Part shown: one piece after another, positions 53,571-64,000 of the stretch
Numbering within the stretch: position 1 is the first letter of the stretch
How the letters are laid out: every line of letters starts with the position of its first letter
DNA from: Octopus vulgaris
Taxonomy: Eukaryota
Reading direction: 5' to 3'
Length of the DNA stretch: 64,000 bases
Assembly (NCBI GenBank): GCA_951406725.2
Contig: OX597815.1
Span: forward strand, 121,024,001-121,088,000
Position numbers and translations under genes: made by a program
The notes under the pieces: generated by a model
Database searches by the model: none
What the model saw: the letters and a program-made list of their open reading frames with translations, nothing else
Told to the model about the DNA's origin: nothing

Positions 53571-53735
53571 AGGCACAAGCATGGTTGTATGGCTAAAAAA
53601 GTTTGCTTTCTAGCACTATAGTTCCAGTTTCAATCCCACTGCATGACACCTCGGACAGGTATCTTCTACTATAACGATTGACCAACAAAAGCCTTGTGAG
53701 TGGATGTGGTAGATTAAAGCTGAAAGAAACCCTAT
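53571..53735 (+). mobile_element. SINE 5' half (main family)
   Basis: aggcacaagcatggttgtatgg...tcaatcccactgcatgacacc...aaagccttgtgagtggat. Confidence 0.65.
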
Positions 53736-53794
53736 ATACATATATATATATATGCATGTATGTATGTATGTATATGTATATGTATATGTATGTA

Positions 53795-53829
<35 letters not shown>

Positions 53830-55020
53830 TAAATTAGAGATAAAACCACTATTAGGCAAATCAAACAGAGAAAAACATAAACCAAAACATAGAAATAAAA
53901 TTAATTAATATAATATACAAAATATATAAAATATAAAATTCAAAATCTTAATTGTTTAAATTTAAAGTTAAAAATTTAAAATTATTAATTTATATTTATA
54001 ATTTTTTATATATATGTATATATATATATATATACATATTTTATATATTTTTTTATTTAATTTTAATTTTTTTTTAAACTCATATACAAGGCTTCTATCA
54101 GTCAAAGTTGACCTTGTCTAGCATTTTCTACATTGAAATTCCTTTCTCTCATTAAATACACTATATTATCATTGTATATATTTACTTTTATTCTAGGGTC
54201 TTCAAGAATCCTAACATATAGGTGCAGGCCCAACTGAGGTACTTTGTGGAAGTCTAATAGTTACCCATGCATGGAAATCTGCTTTTACCATATTACTGAT
54301 AGGTGTGTCCAAAGGAAAGGCCACTAGCTGATACTGCCTGGCACCAGTGTCACCACAATATGTTACAGGTAGAATGCAAATGGCTTGAAGAGTTACTACA
54401 AAACATTCCACCAGACACTCTAACAGTTCTGCTATATATTCATACATTGTAAGTACAGTATGGCCCAGTGGTTTAGAAGTTTGCTTCACAATCACTAGAT
54501 TACAGGTTCATCCTACTGCATGGCATTTTGAGTGTCATTTTCTATTAATTTAAGACTAATTTATATCTTATGCATGAAATGGGGTAGATGGAAGCTATAC
54601 AAAAGCCTGTTGTAAGAATTGTACCTGTAATTGAAAGGTACAATATACAAAGGTATACAATTACATTTATACAACTACACTTATAACATAAATTTTCTTG
54701 AGAAAGAAAGTAACACTACAACTTCATTCTTACCATGTTTACATGTCTATGTATTATATCATTCATATAGGGTTTTCTTTTAAACATTTAACTCCCATAG
54801 CATTGCATGTGGAAGCATATAATACTATGGAAAAAGGGTGTGAGAAACTGTCTTTTCTTTTCAGAATACCTTTCAATGGTCTATGAAAATTTCTGAAATA
54901 TGTCATACAACTAACTATAACTGGGTAGATGTAGCATGTAAATAACAAGATAAAGAAAGATAATATACACACATATATATGCATTCGTGTATGCATGCAT
55001 ATGTATGTATGTATGTATGC

Positions 55021-55051
<31 letters not shown>

Positions 55052-55315
55052 TGTATGTATGTATGTATGTATGTATGTATGTATGTATGTATGTATGTAT
55101 GTATGTATGCATATGTATGTATGTACGCATGTATGTATGTATGTATCTATCTATCTATATATATATATGTATATGTGTGTATGTAAGTATTATGTTTGTA
55201 TGTGTGCATGTGTGTACATACATACAAGGCTTTGGCATTGAGGATGTGAAACTGTGGGCAACTTTATATAAAATTTTGTTGTAATGTGTATGTGTGTGTG
55301 TGTGTATGTGTGTAT

Positions 55316-55772
55316 TGAGGCAAGTCAAAGGTTTTGCAATATTTGTATATGTGTGTGTATATCACATGACTGAAGCAGTTGAAGCCATGGAGGGCACCTG
55401 CTGAGATTGGTAGTATCATGGTAGTTAGTACACCGACACATCATGCATTGCTTCCCTTCGTATGTGATTTGAAAAACTGCACAGATAGACTTGGAATGTA
55501 ATCTAATTCAGGAAGTTATGTTTTATGAGCTTGAACTGAGCCATAATGCTGTAGAAGCAGCCAAGAACATGTTGTGCAAAAGGTGAAGATGCAGTTGATT
55601 ATGGTACAGTAACCAGATGGTTAAAAAATTTTTGCTTAGCTTGCAAGAACCTTGACAATCAAGCATGTTCAGGTAGGCTTAAAACCATGGATTCCATTGT
55701 CATGCTCCAAGCCATAGAGGCAAATCTAGTGAGTAGCATTCAGAGAGTATCAGGTGAGCTTTGCATCTCATG
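55316..55772 (+). pseudogene. Mariner 5' fragment (HTH region)
   Basis: IQEVMFYELELSHNAVEAAKN...GEDAVDYGTVTRWLKNF...NLDNQACSGR. Confidence 0.7.
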
Positions 55773-55844
55773 GATGTATGCCATTGTGCAGCTAAAAATA
55801 CTAGCCATTGGTTAGCAGAAAGACTGAGATGCCTCATGCCTTGC

Positions 55845-56158
55845 TGTACTCAAGAAGACCCATGCTCCACACCAGAAGTGTCAAAACCAGTCCCCTAGTG
55901 GAGAAGATTGACCTGCAAGAATCCTATGCCAGTTCCACATAAAAAGCACTCATGGTGGAACCATGTAAAAGTATCCATGCAATGTCACATAAAAGTGCCC
56001 ATGCAGTTCCACATGAAAGCATCCATGCGATGCCACGTAAAAGTGTCTGCACAGTGTCACATAAAAGTGTGTGTGTGGTGCCACATAAAAGCTCCCAACA
56101 CACTCTGTAAAATGGTTGACATTAGGAAGGGCATCCCGCCATAGAAACCATGCCAAAT
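55845..56158 (+). mobile_element. Old RTE 3'UTR fragment with ~25-bp tandem units
   Basis: Repeated cacataaaagtg.ccatgc-like units followed by cactctg..aa.tggttg.cattaggaagggcatcc. Confidence 0.6.
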
Positions 56159-56442
56159 GTATATATATATTTATATATTTATAAATTAAATTAAAGATAA
56201 AACCACTATTAGGCAAATCAAACAGTGAAAAACATAAACCAAAACATAGAAATAAAATTAATTAATATAAAATACAAAATATATAAAATATAAAATTCAA
56301 AATTTAAATTATTTAAATTTAAAGTTAAAAATTTAAAATTATTAATTTATATTTATAAATTTTTTTATATATATATATATTTATTTATTTTTATTTTTAT
56401 TTTTATTTTTTATTTTTTATTTTTTATATTTTATATTTTATA

Positions 56443-56488
<46 letters not shown>

Positions 56489-57391
56489 ATTAAATATGTA
56501 TAACTATCAAAAAGTATAAAAAGTTTAATATAAGATAAAATATTTATATATTTATATATATATGTGCAAAATTTAGGTAAGTTAAGATATGTTTGTGACA
56601 TATTTCAACTGCTAAAAGGCAAATACACTGCAGTTACCAATGAGAAAATATCTCCCTTATGGTAAAAGGTGTGAAAACACCTGATCTATTCAGTGTTGCC
56701 ATCTATCAGGTATCATCAGATGTAACTGTATTGAAATATGTACAAAACAATGAAAATATTTTGCATGGCCACTTTCAGAATCTGAGTATTGCTGACTTGT
56801 AGATTGTGTCAAACAGTTGCTACAGTGTGTAGGATGAATCAAGCTATTGACCAATTCCACCATGGTAATTGCTTCACCACTCTCTTTTAAACAGACAGAG
56901 TAGGCAGTGAGTTTGAAAAAAAAATTCTTTTGAGGTGGATGAGGCTGAATATTACTGGGGATGGACACTTTCCTCTTAAGTCCAGCACTCAATGAACTTT
57001 GCAAGTTCTGCTTGGAAAGGAAGATGAGGGTGAAGAAGGAAGTATTTTCCACTATCGAATTTGTCAGAAAATTGGTGACTGCAGCAAAAATAGTACACAT
57101 GAATGGAACTACTCAAAGTATGCACCTGTAAGTCAGAGAACAACTTGCAAAGGGATGATTTTGGATCATGGCAAAGAGAGGATTTTGGCAGTAAGACGAT
57201 TTTGGATCATGGTACCCTGATTGGAGATTTTCCTGTATTATCCATGTATTATCCTTACTTCATATACTTATTGTCACATTCGTTTGTATTACTCCTATTT
57301 TATATATAACTTGTTTTTGTAATGTTTCTTTCATCTGATACTGTGACGAATAAGACAAATCATCATCATCATCATCATTATCATCGTTATC

Positions 57392-57426
<35 letters not shown>

Positions 57427-57474
57427 CATTATTATTATTATTATTATTATTATCATTATTATTATTATATTTTA

Positions 57475-58285
57475 AAAAGGATTGATGTAACTCTTCACAA
57501 AAGTAAACAGTCAAGATGAAGAGCGCGATTCAATTGTAAGATATTTTATTAGTTGAACAATATTTCAACAGTGAGTCTGTCTTTGTCAAGTTCAAATTAA
57601 GAAATGACAAAAATTCAAAATTACAGAAATTTAGACGTAAAGTATAAACAAGAGCAACCAGCGTCCACATGTTAATAGAATGACACCATCAGTTTTTAAG
57701 TTACAATTTTATAACAGGCAAAAAGAAAAAGACAAAAAAAGACAGAAAAAAACAGAAAAAAGAAGACAACAGAAAAAAAGAAAAAGAGAGAAAGAAGAAT
57801 ATTTAATCAAATAGTTTTGTATGGATTTGATAATACTCTCCTGCCATCTTATTCATTCCTCCAGCCCGTGATGTTAACAACCTGCAAACATATTTCTCCT
57901 CATACATTCTGAGAAGTAAAAGTGAAACAGATTCAGAATATTTTCTGAGAATATGCACTTTCAAGTCTTCTTCTAAATTGCAACTGCTTGAAGCGAAATG
58001 TTCAGCAAGTTCCATCGAACTACTGTTATTGTGCCTGACATCAAATCTGTGCCCGTTAAACATTTTGCTTAATTGTTCTGTTGTACAACCAACATAAATT
58101 AAGTTGTGTTTCATGCATTCTGCAGCATACACCAAATGGGAATCTTTACATGTTCCACCTTCTGTATAAATCATAACATTTCTATTATGATTTCTGATGG
58201 AATTCACTTCACTCATGTTGTTGCACAATGAATAGGGCTTATCTCTCTTGTGGCTGTTCTTTAAGGTACTCCAATGTTCGTTTTC
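57475..58285 (-). mobile_element. Penelope-like element 3' part: GIY-YIG endonuclease plus terminal region with decayed hammerhead
   Basis: LVYAAECMKHNLIYVGCTTEQLSKMFNGHR...LAEHF...EEKYV..L....GGMN; hammerhead remnant at 57553-57595. Confidence 0.8.
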
Positions 58286-58522
58286 TGTGCTGCTTTTCAT
58301 TCCCCACATCTTTGTCACTTCTATTTCTCGGTCTTTGTACTTAAATAACTTCTCAACTTCTTTAATGGACACATTTCTCTCTAATGGTACTGTCACATCT
58401 ATCATTAAGCATTTCTTATTCTTTCCATCTTTGATGATTATGTTCGGCCTGTTTGCCTTGATTTCTTTATCAGTGTTGATTGGCATGTTCCAGAGTACTG
58501 TTATATCCTCTTTTCCAGTCAC
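57803..58522 (-). CDS. Chimeric ORF: RLE endonuclease fused in frame to a GIY-YIG endonuclease (probably not functional)
   Basis: 239-aa ORF; N-part ANRPNIII...IDVTVP...EVEKLFKY is RLE-type, C-part is GIY-YIG; junction near 58285. Confidence 0.55.
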   Translation of the reverse strand: MTGKEDITVLWNMPINTDKEIKANRPNIIIKDGKNKKCLMIDVTVPLERNVSIKEVEKLFKYKDREIEVTKMWGMKSSTENEHWSTLKNSHKRDKPYSLCNNMSEVNSIRNHNRNVMIYTEGGTCKDSHLVYAAECMKHNLIYVGCTTEQLSKMFNGHRFDVRHNNSSSMELAEHFASSSCNLEEDLKVHILRKYSESVSLLLLRMYEEKYVCRLLTSRAGGMNKMAGEYYQIHTKLFD

Positions 58523-58995
58523 AGTTTCAGGTTTATGCTGGTACCATCTTTCTGAAGTTGGAAGCTTGGTAGTGTTTACATATCTTCCAATGGATATATT
58601 GTGCTACTCTATCATATCTATGAATATATTCAGTTTTTGCTAGCGCTGTGCTTCCAGTTAAGATGCGGTCCACTGTTTCATCCTGCTCATGACACATTCT
58701 GCATTTCGGGTCAGGGCCATCGTTCATTATTTTTTTGTGGTCAGCCCTGGTTGCCAAGCATTGATCTTGTGCTGCTATGACAAAACCTTCGGTTTCAGCC
58801 TACAGTCCTGAGCTCTTCATCCATAGGTGAATGTCTCGTTTTTCTATGTCTGGTTTGTTCACTCTACATGGGTATCGGCCATGCATCGGTTTTTCTAGCC
58901 ATTCTTCTTTGCTCTTCTTTTAGGCTTGTTTTTCATCTCTTCCTTAACTCATTTAGCAAACTGGGTTACTTTCTTACTCGCTTTCATCCTAGGTT
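58285..58995 (-). mobile_element. R4/Dong-like RLE retrotransposon fragment
   Basis: KPMHGRYP...WMKSSGL*AETEGFVIAAQDQCLATR, degenerate knuckle CRMCHEQDETVDRILTGS, RYD, WYQHKPETV; next to (TAA)n. Confidence 0.85.
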
Positions 58996-59032
58996 CCTCC
59001 ATCATCAGTTATTATTATTATTAACATTATTA

Positions 59033-59101
<69 letters not shown>

Positions 59102-62100
59102 TTCATCATTTAACGTCCGCCTTCCATGCTAGCATGGGTTGGACGGTTCAACTGGTGTCTGGGGAGCCCGAAGGCTGCACCAGGCCAGTCAGATCTGGCA
59201 GTGTTTCTACAGCTGGATGCCCTTCCTAACGCCAACCACTCCGAGAGTGTAGTGGGTGATTTTATGTGCCACCGACACAGGTGCCAGACGAGGCTGGCGA
59301 ACGGCCACGCTCGGATGGTGTTTTTATGTGCCACCGACACAGGTGCCAGACAAGGCTGGCAGACGACCACGCTCGGATGGTGTTTTTTTATGTGCCACCG
59401 ACACAGGTGCCAGACGAGGCTGGCGAACGGCCACGCTCGGATGGTGTTTTTATGTGCCACCGACACAGGTGCCAGACGAGGCTGGCAGACGGACATGCTC
59501 GGATGGTGTTTTTATGTGCCACCGACACAGGTGCTAGACGAGGCTGGCGAATGGCCACGCTCGGATGGTGTTTTTATGTGCCACCGACACAGGTGCCAGA
59601 CAAGGCTAGCAGACGACCACGCTCGGATGGTGCTTTTATGTGCCACCGACACAGGTGCCAGACGAGGCTGGCGAACGGCCACGCTCGGATGGTGTTTTTA
59701 TGTGCCACCGACACAGGTGCCAGACAAGGCTAGCAGACGACCACGCTCGGATGGTGTTTTTATGTGCCACCGACACAGGTGCCAGACGAGGCTGGCGAAC
59801 GGCCACGCTCGGATGGTGTTTTTATGTGCCACCGACACAGGTGCCAGACAAGGCTAGCAGACGACCACGCTCGGATGGTGTTTTTTTTATGTGCCACCGA
59901 CACAGGTGCCAGACGAGGCTGGCGAACGGCCACGCTCGGATGGTGTTTTTATGTGCCACCGACACAGGTGCCAGACAAGGCTAGCAGACGACCACGCTCG
60001 GATTTTTTTTATGTGCCACCGACACAGGAGCCAGATTAGGCTGGCGATCGGCCACGATTGGATGGTGATTGTTACGTGCCCACAGCATGGAGGCCAGTCG
60101 GTGCGGTACTGGCTACGCCCATGTTCGGATGGTATTCTTGTGTGCCACCGGCACTGGTACCACAAAGATACAAATTCCATTGATGTTCATCTATTTTGAT
60201 TTTGTTTGATTTTCACTTGCCACAACAGGTCTTCACAAGTGTCACAAGAAGGAAGGTATGCACAGGTGGACTGACTACGTCCTAGGTAGGGGCCACGGGT
60301 TATGGCCTGACTAGTCTTGCCGGGTCTTCTCACGCACAGCATACTTCCATAGGTCTCGGTCTCTAGTCATTTCCTTGGTGAGACCTAAAGTTCGTAGGTC
60401 GTGCTTCACCACTTCGTCCCAGGTTTTCCTGGGTCTACCTCTTCCACAGGTTCCCTCAACTGCTAGGGTGTAGCACTTTTGCACACAACTATCTTCAGCC
60501 ATTCTCGTCATATGACCATACCAGCGCAGCCGTCTCTCTTGCACACCACAACTGACGCTTCTTAGGTTCAACTTTTCTCTCAAGGTACTTACACTCTGAC
60601 AATTATGAACACTGACATTACACATCCATCGGAGCATACTGGCTTCATTTCTTGCGAGCTTACGCATATCCTCAGCAGTCACGGCCCATGTTTCACTACC
60701 ATGTAGCATGGCTGTACGTACACATGCATCATAAAGTCTGCCTTTTACTCTGAGCGAGAGGCCTTTTGTCACCAGCAGGGGTAAGGGCTCCCTAAACTTT
60801 GCCCAGGCTATTCTTACTCTAGCAGTTACACTTTCAGCACACCCACCCCCGCTACTAACTTGGTCTCCAAGGTAGCGGAAGCTATCAACTACTTCTAGTT
60901 TGTCTCCCTGGAACGTGGTAGAAGTTGGTCTCTACACATTTCCAGTGTTTATTTCTCCTGAGCATCTGCCACATACGAAAACTATCTTCCCAGTTAGCCT
61001 ACCTTTGACATTGCTGCACCTCTTATGTGTCCATAGCTTACACTTGGTGCACCTTATAGAGTTTCTACCTACACCTTTTCTACAGATCGAGCAGGGCCAT
61101 CTACCTGAAGTCGTTTGTGGATGGTCCACCTTCCTACTTATTAGGACTTTGGTTTTGGCTAGGTTGATTCTAAGGCCCTTCGACTCTAATCCTTGTTTCC
61201 ACACCTGAAACTTCTCCTCCAGTTCTGATAGTGACTCAGCAATTAGAGCAAGGTCATCAGCATATAGGAGCTCCCAGGGGCATCCTGTCTTAAATTCTTC
61301 CGTTATTGCCTGGAGGACTATGATAAATAGGAGGGGGATGAGGACTGAACCTTGGTGGACCCCAACCTCTACCCGGAATTCTTCACTGTACTCGTTGCCT
61401 TACTAGCTGCGTCTCTGTACATGGCTCGCACAGCTCTCACTAACCATTCATCTATCCCTAGTTTCCTCATTGACCACCAGATAAGGGATCGGGGGACCCT
61501 GTCAAAGGCTTTCTCTAAGTCAACAAAAGCCAGGTACAAGGGCTTACCTTTGGCTAGGTATTTCTCCTGCAGCTGTCTTACCAGGAATATAGCATCAGTA
61601 GTACTTTTCCCTGGCACGAACCCAAACTGCATATCATCTAAGCTAACTCTCTCTCTAATTAACTGGGCTATAACCCTCTCCGTAACCTTCATTACCTGAT
61701 CCAACAGCTTGATGCCCCTGTAGTTATTTGTATCTAGGGCATTTCCTTTAACTTTGTAGCAGTTGACTATTATGCTGCTACACCAGTCATTGGGTATGAC
61801 TCCTTCGTGTATCACCTGGTTAACTATACGGGTGACTATGCTATAGCCGACACTACCAGATATTTTGAGCATCTCTGCAGTAATTCCTGATGGGCCTGGG
61901 GCTTTCCCTGTCTTCATGCTTCTAATTGCCTTAGCTACCACGGAACTATCAACTCGGATAGCTGGTCCCTCTGTTGGGTCAACATTCGGCAGACTCTCTT
62001 TATCCCATTCATTTTCCTCATTCAGCAACCTTTCATAGTGGCGTCTCCAAGCTTCTCTCTTTGCATCCTCATTTAGCGCAAGTGAACCATCCTCCATGCG

Positions 62101-62646
62101 AACACATTTCTCTCCTACCACATCATGATTCTCTCTCACACACTGTCTTGCAACACGAAATACCTCAAGTCTTTCATCCTCACGGCGCAGGACATTGGCA
62201 AACTTTCTTTTATCTGCTTCCCCTCTGGCTAGATAGACCTGTCTCCTAGCTTCCCTTCTGGCAGTCTGATACACTTCCCTGCTACCACCGTTCTTCCAGG
62301 CCTTCCAAGCCTGTTTCTTTTGTCTAATAGCCCTGTTAACAATATTGTTCCACCACCACGTTATTTTGGGTCTTAAGGGGACTTTGCACCAGCCACAGAT
62401 CTGGTCAGCGGCTTTCAGCAGGTTGTCCCTCAGAAACGTCCAGTTGTCTTCTACCCCATGTGTAGCTATACCCCCTTCCACTTCGTCAAAGGCTTCAAGT
62501 AACATATCTCTAAATCTCTGTCCATTCGCAGGGTCTTTAAGCTTCCAGACCCTTCTTCTCCATGTTGGTCGTCTTCTAGTCGCCCTCTTAGTCCTGATCC
62601 TAAAGTCACTAACTACCAGTCTATGTTGTGGGGTGCATTCTTCGCC
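59102..62646 (-). mobile_element. 5'-truncated RTE-clade LINE (APE C-terminus, RT, PHD-like finger, minisatellite 3'UTR)
   Basis: QHRLVVSDF, KAPGPSGI, NYRGIKLL, FVDLEKAFDRVP, LLYADD (about 61255-61272), RLRWYGH, stop at 60311; frameshifting lesions near 61400 and 60900. Confidence 0.95.
59260..60050. repeat. ~61-bp minisatellite with alternating A/B units (about 12-13 copies) in the RTE 3'UTR
   Basis: ttttatgtgccaccgacacaggtgccagac then gaggctggcgaacggcc or aaggct(g/a)gcagacgacc, then acgctcggatggtg. Confidence 0.92.
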
Positions 62647-62681
62647 TATTATTATTATTATTATTATCATTATTGTTATTA

Positions 62682-63218
62682 TTGAGTGAGCGACCACTGC
62701 ATGCCATTGAAGTGACACTGGGGCAAAATATACGAAACTCAGTACACCAATCATGACTACCCATCTGATAAGGGTACACCAGGCACATGCATCACAACCA
62801 CATGTGCGCAACATGGTGATCACATATCAAGATAAACAGTGCTTGACCTTGCAGGTGGGGCCCAGTTAGAGTTTTCTTCAGGTCAAGTAGCCCATCCCAC
62901 TCAAAAGATCCCTGAACGAAATACCCATGCTTCCAAAGGTGAATTATCTTCACCCTAAAGAATTCCTCTCAATGCATGGCTATGATGCTCCCCAACTATT
63001 TCTGCTCATGATCAAAGATGCACATATTGCCAGCCATTAAGGGACATGCTCAACTGGTTAAGGTCAAACAACTGAGAAGCAAATCCATGGTATTGAGCAG
63101 TATATTTACTGTAGCCCATCTTTTATACGAAAACAAAACAATGTACACGATAACACTTCCAATCAGTTAAGATGTGAAGCCATGAGAACCAATGCCTGGT
63201 ATTGCATCAGGGCATTTA
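62682..63218 (-). mobile_element. Non-coding element bounded by (TAA)n, possibly non-autonomous
   Basis: About 540 bp of higher-GC sequence with no ORF between two (TTA)n tracts. Confidence 0.4.
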
Positions 63219-63248
63219 TTATCATTATTATTATTATTATTATTATTC

Positions 63249-63532
63249 AGTAGTTTTATTTTTATAGCGTGCTTTCACTTCACTACCGAGCGCAGCTCTG
63301 TGTGCCTTGGGTATGTGCTGTGATTTGTTGTGATGCTCTGATGGTTATTGTATGGAAAGTGTTCTGCGTAGGATGTGTGCAGTGCCTAGTAGTGCAATCT
63401 TCTGTATGTTATATGTGTTTGTAAGTCCTGGTGTTTTTGTTATGTATTTGTCTGAATATTTTTTTATCATGCCTAATGCACCTACTATGATAGGAATTGT
63501 TTCTGTTTTCAGATTCCACATTCTAGTTACCT
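63249..63532 (-). mobile_element. 3' end of an R4/Dong-like RLE retrotransposon in (TAA)n
   Basis: Minus translation EVTRMWNLKTETIPIIVGALGMIKK...IQKIALLGTAHILRRTLSIQ*, short 3'UTR, (TAA)n tail. Confidence 0.85.
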
Positions 63533-64000
63533 CTTATTATTATTATCATTATTATTATAAAATAAAAAGGATTATTATTATTATTGTTGTTGTTGTTGTT
63601 ATTATTATTATTATTGTTGTTATTATTATAAAGAAAAAGATTATTATTATTATTATTATCATTATTATTATTATTATTATTAGTGCTATTGTTATTGTTG
63701 ATGCTGTTATTATTATTATTATTGTTATTATTATTGTTGTTGTTGTTATTATTATTGCTATTATTATTGTTATTATTATTACTGTCATGCTATTGTTGTT
63801 GTTTCTTTTTTTTGATAAGATGATTTTGTTCTTCTGTTTATGGATTATATCGTGTCAATTTTTTCAAAGATTGGATTCTTATTTATGTGTCACATTCTGC
63901 AAAATTATTACAAAGAATTGTGAGAAGCTTGTTTTCCTTTCCTTTTCTACCGTGTTTAAGCAAAAAAAGCCTTATTGGAACACTTCTTAAAGCTTTTTTC

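Larger units (their letters stand above)
53825..56360 (+). repeat. Two near-identical ~180-bp AT-rich repeats (53825-54000 and 56181-56360), each within (TA)n
   Basis: taaattaaatta.agataaaaccactattaggcaaatcaaacag.gaaaaacataaaccaaaacatag... in both. Confidence 0.85.

Noticed and set aside
56690-57240. Possible exon or ancient RTE C-terminal remnant
   Set aside because: Too degenerate; no motif strong enough to support a call.
59260-60050. CRISPR-like regular array
   Set aside because: No unique spacers; only two alternating variants inside a LINE 3'UTR, no cas genes, eukaryotic context.
63352-63990. 212-aa plus-strand ORF
   Set aside because: Antisense of the RLE C-terminus running into (ATT/GTT)n.

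Overview
AT-rich, repeat-saturated eukaryotic DNA with no recognisable intact host protein-coding gene. The SINE/LINE repertoire and dense (TA)n/(TACA)n/(CAT)n/(TAA)n microsatellites look to me like a coleoid cephalopod (Octopus); this is recognition from memory, not a search. Most ORFs in the track are microsatellite artefacts. Real coding remnants are all transposon-derived: two 5'-truncated RTE-clade LINEs (41938-45872, 59102-62646), each with a C4HC3 PHD-like finger inside the RT; R4/Dong-like RLE retrotransposons in (CATA)n or (TAA)n tracts; a Penelope-type GIY-YIG segment fused in frame to an RLE nuclease (57803-58522); decayed Tc1, mariner and maT transposons; MITEs; and many tRNA-derived SINEs. 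The most notable non-coding signal is a set of type I hammerhead ribozyme motifs with palindromic stem III (34627-34705 +, 47019-47120 -, 13137-13175 -, plus decayed copies), mostly in short non-coding elements embedded in (TA)n. One is a ~518-bp unit with terminal direct repeats resembling a retrozyme or Penelope pLTR. Boundaries are read by eye and approximate; similarity statements are visual estimates.
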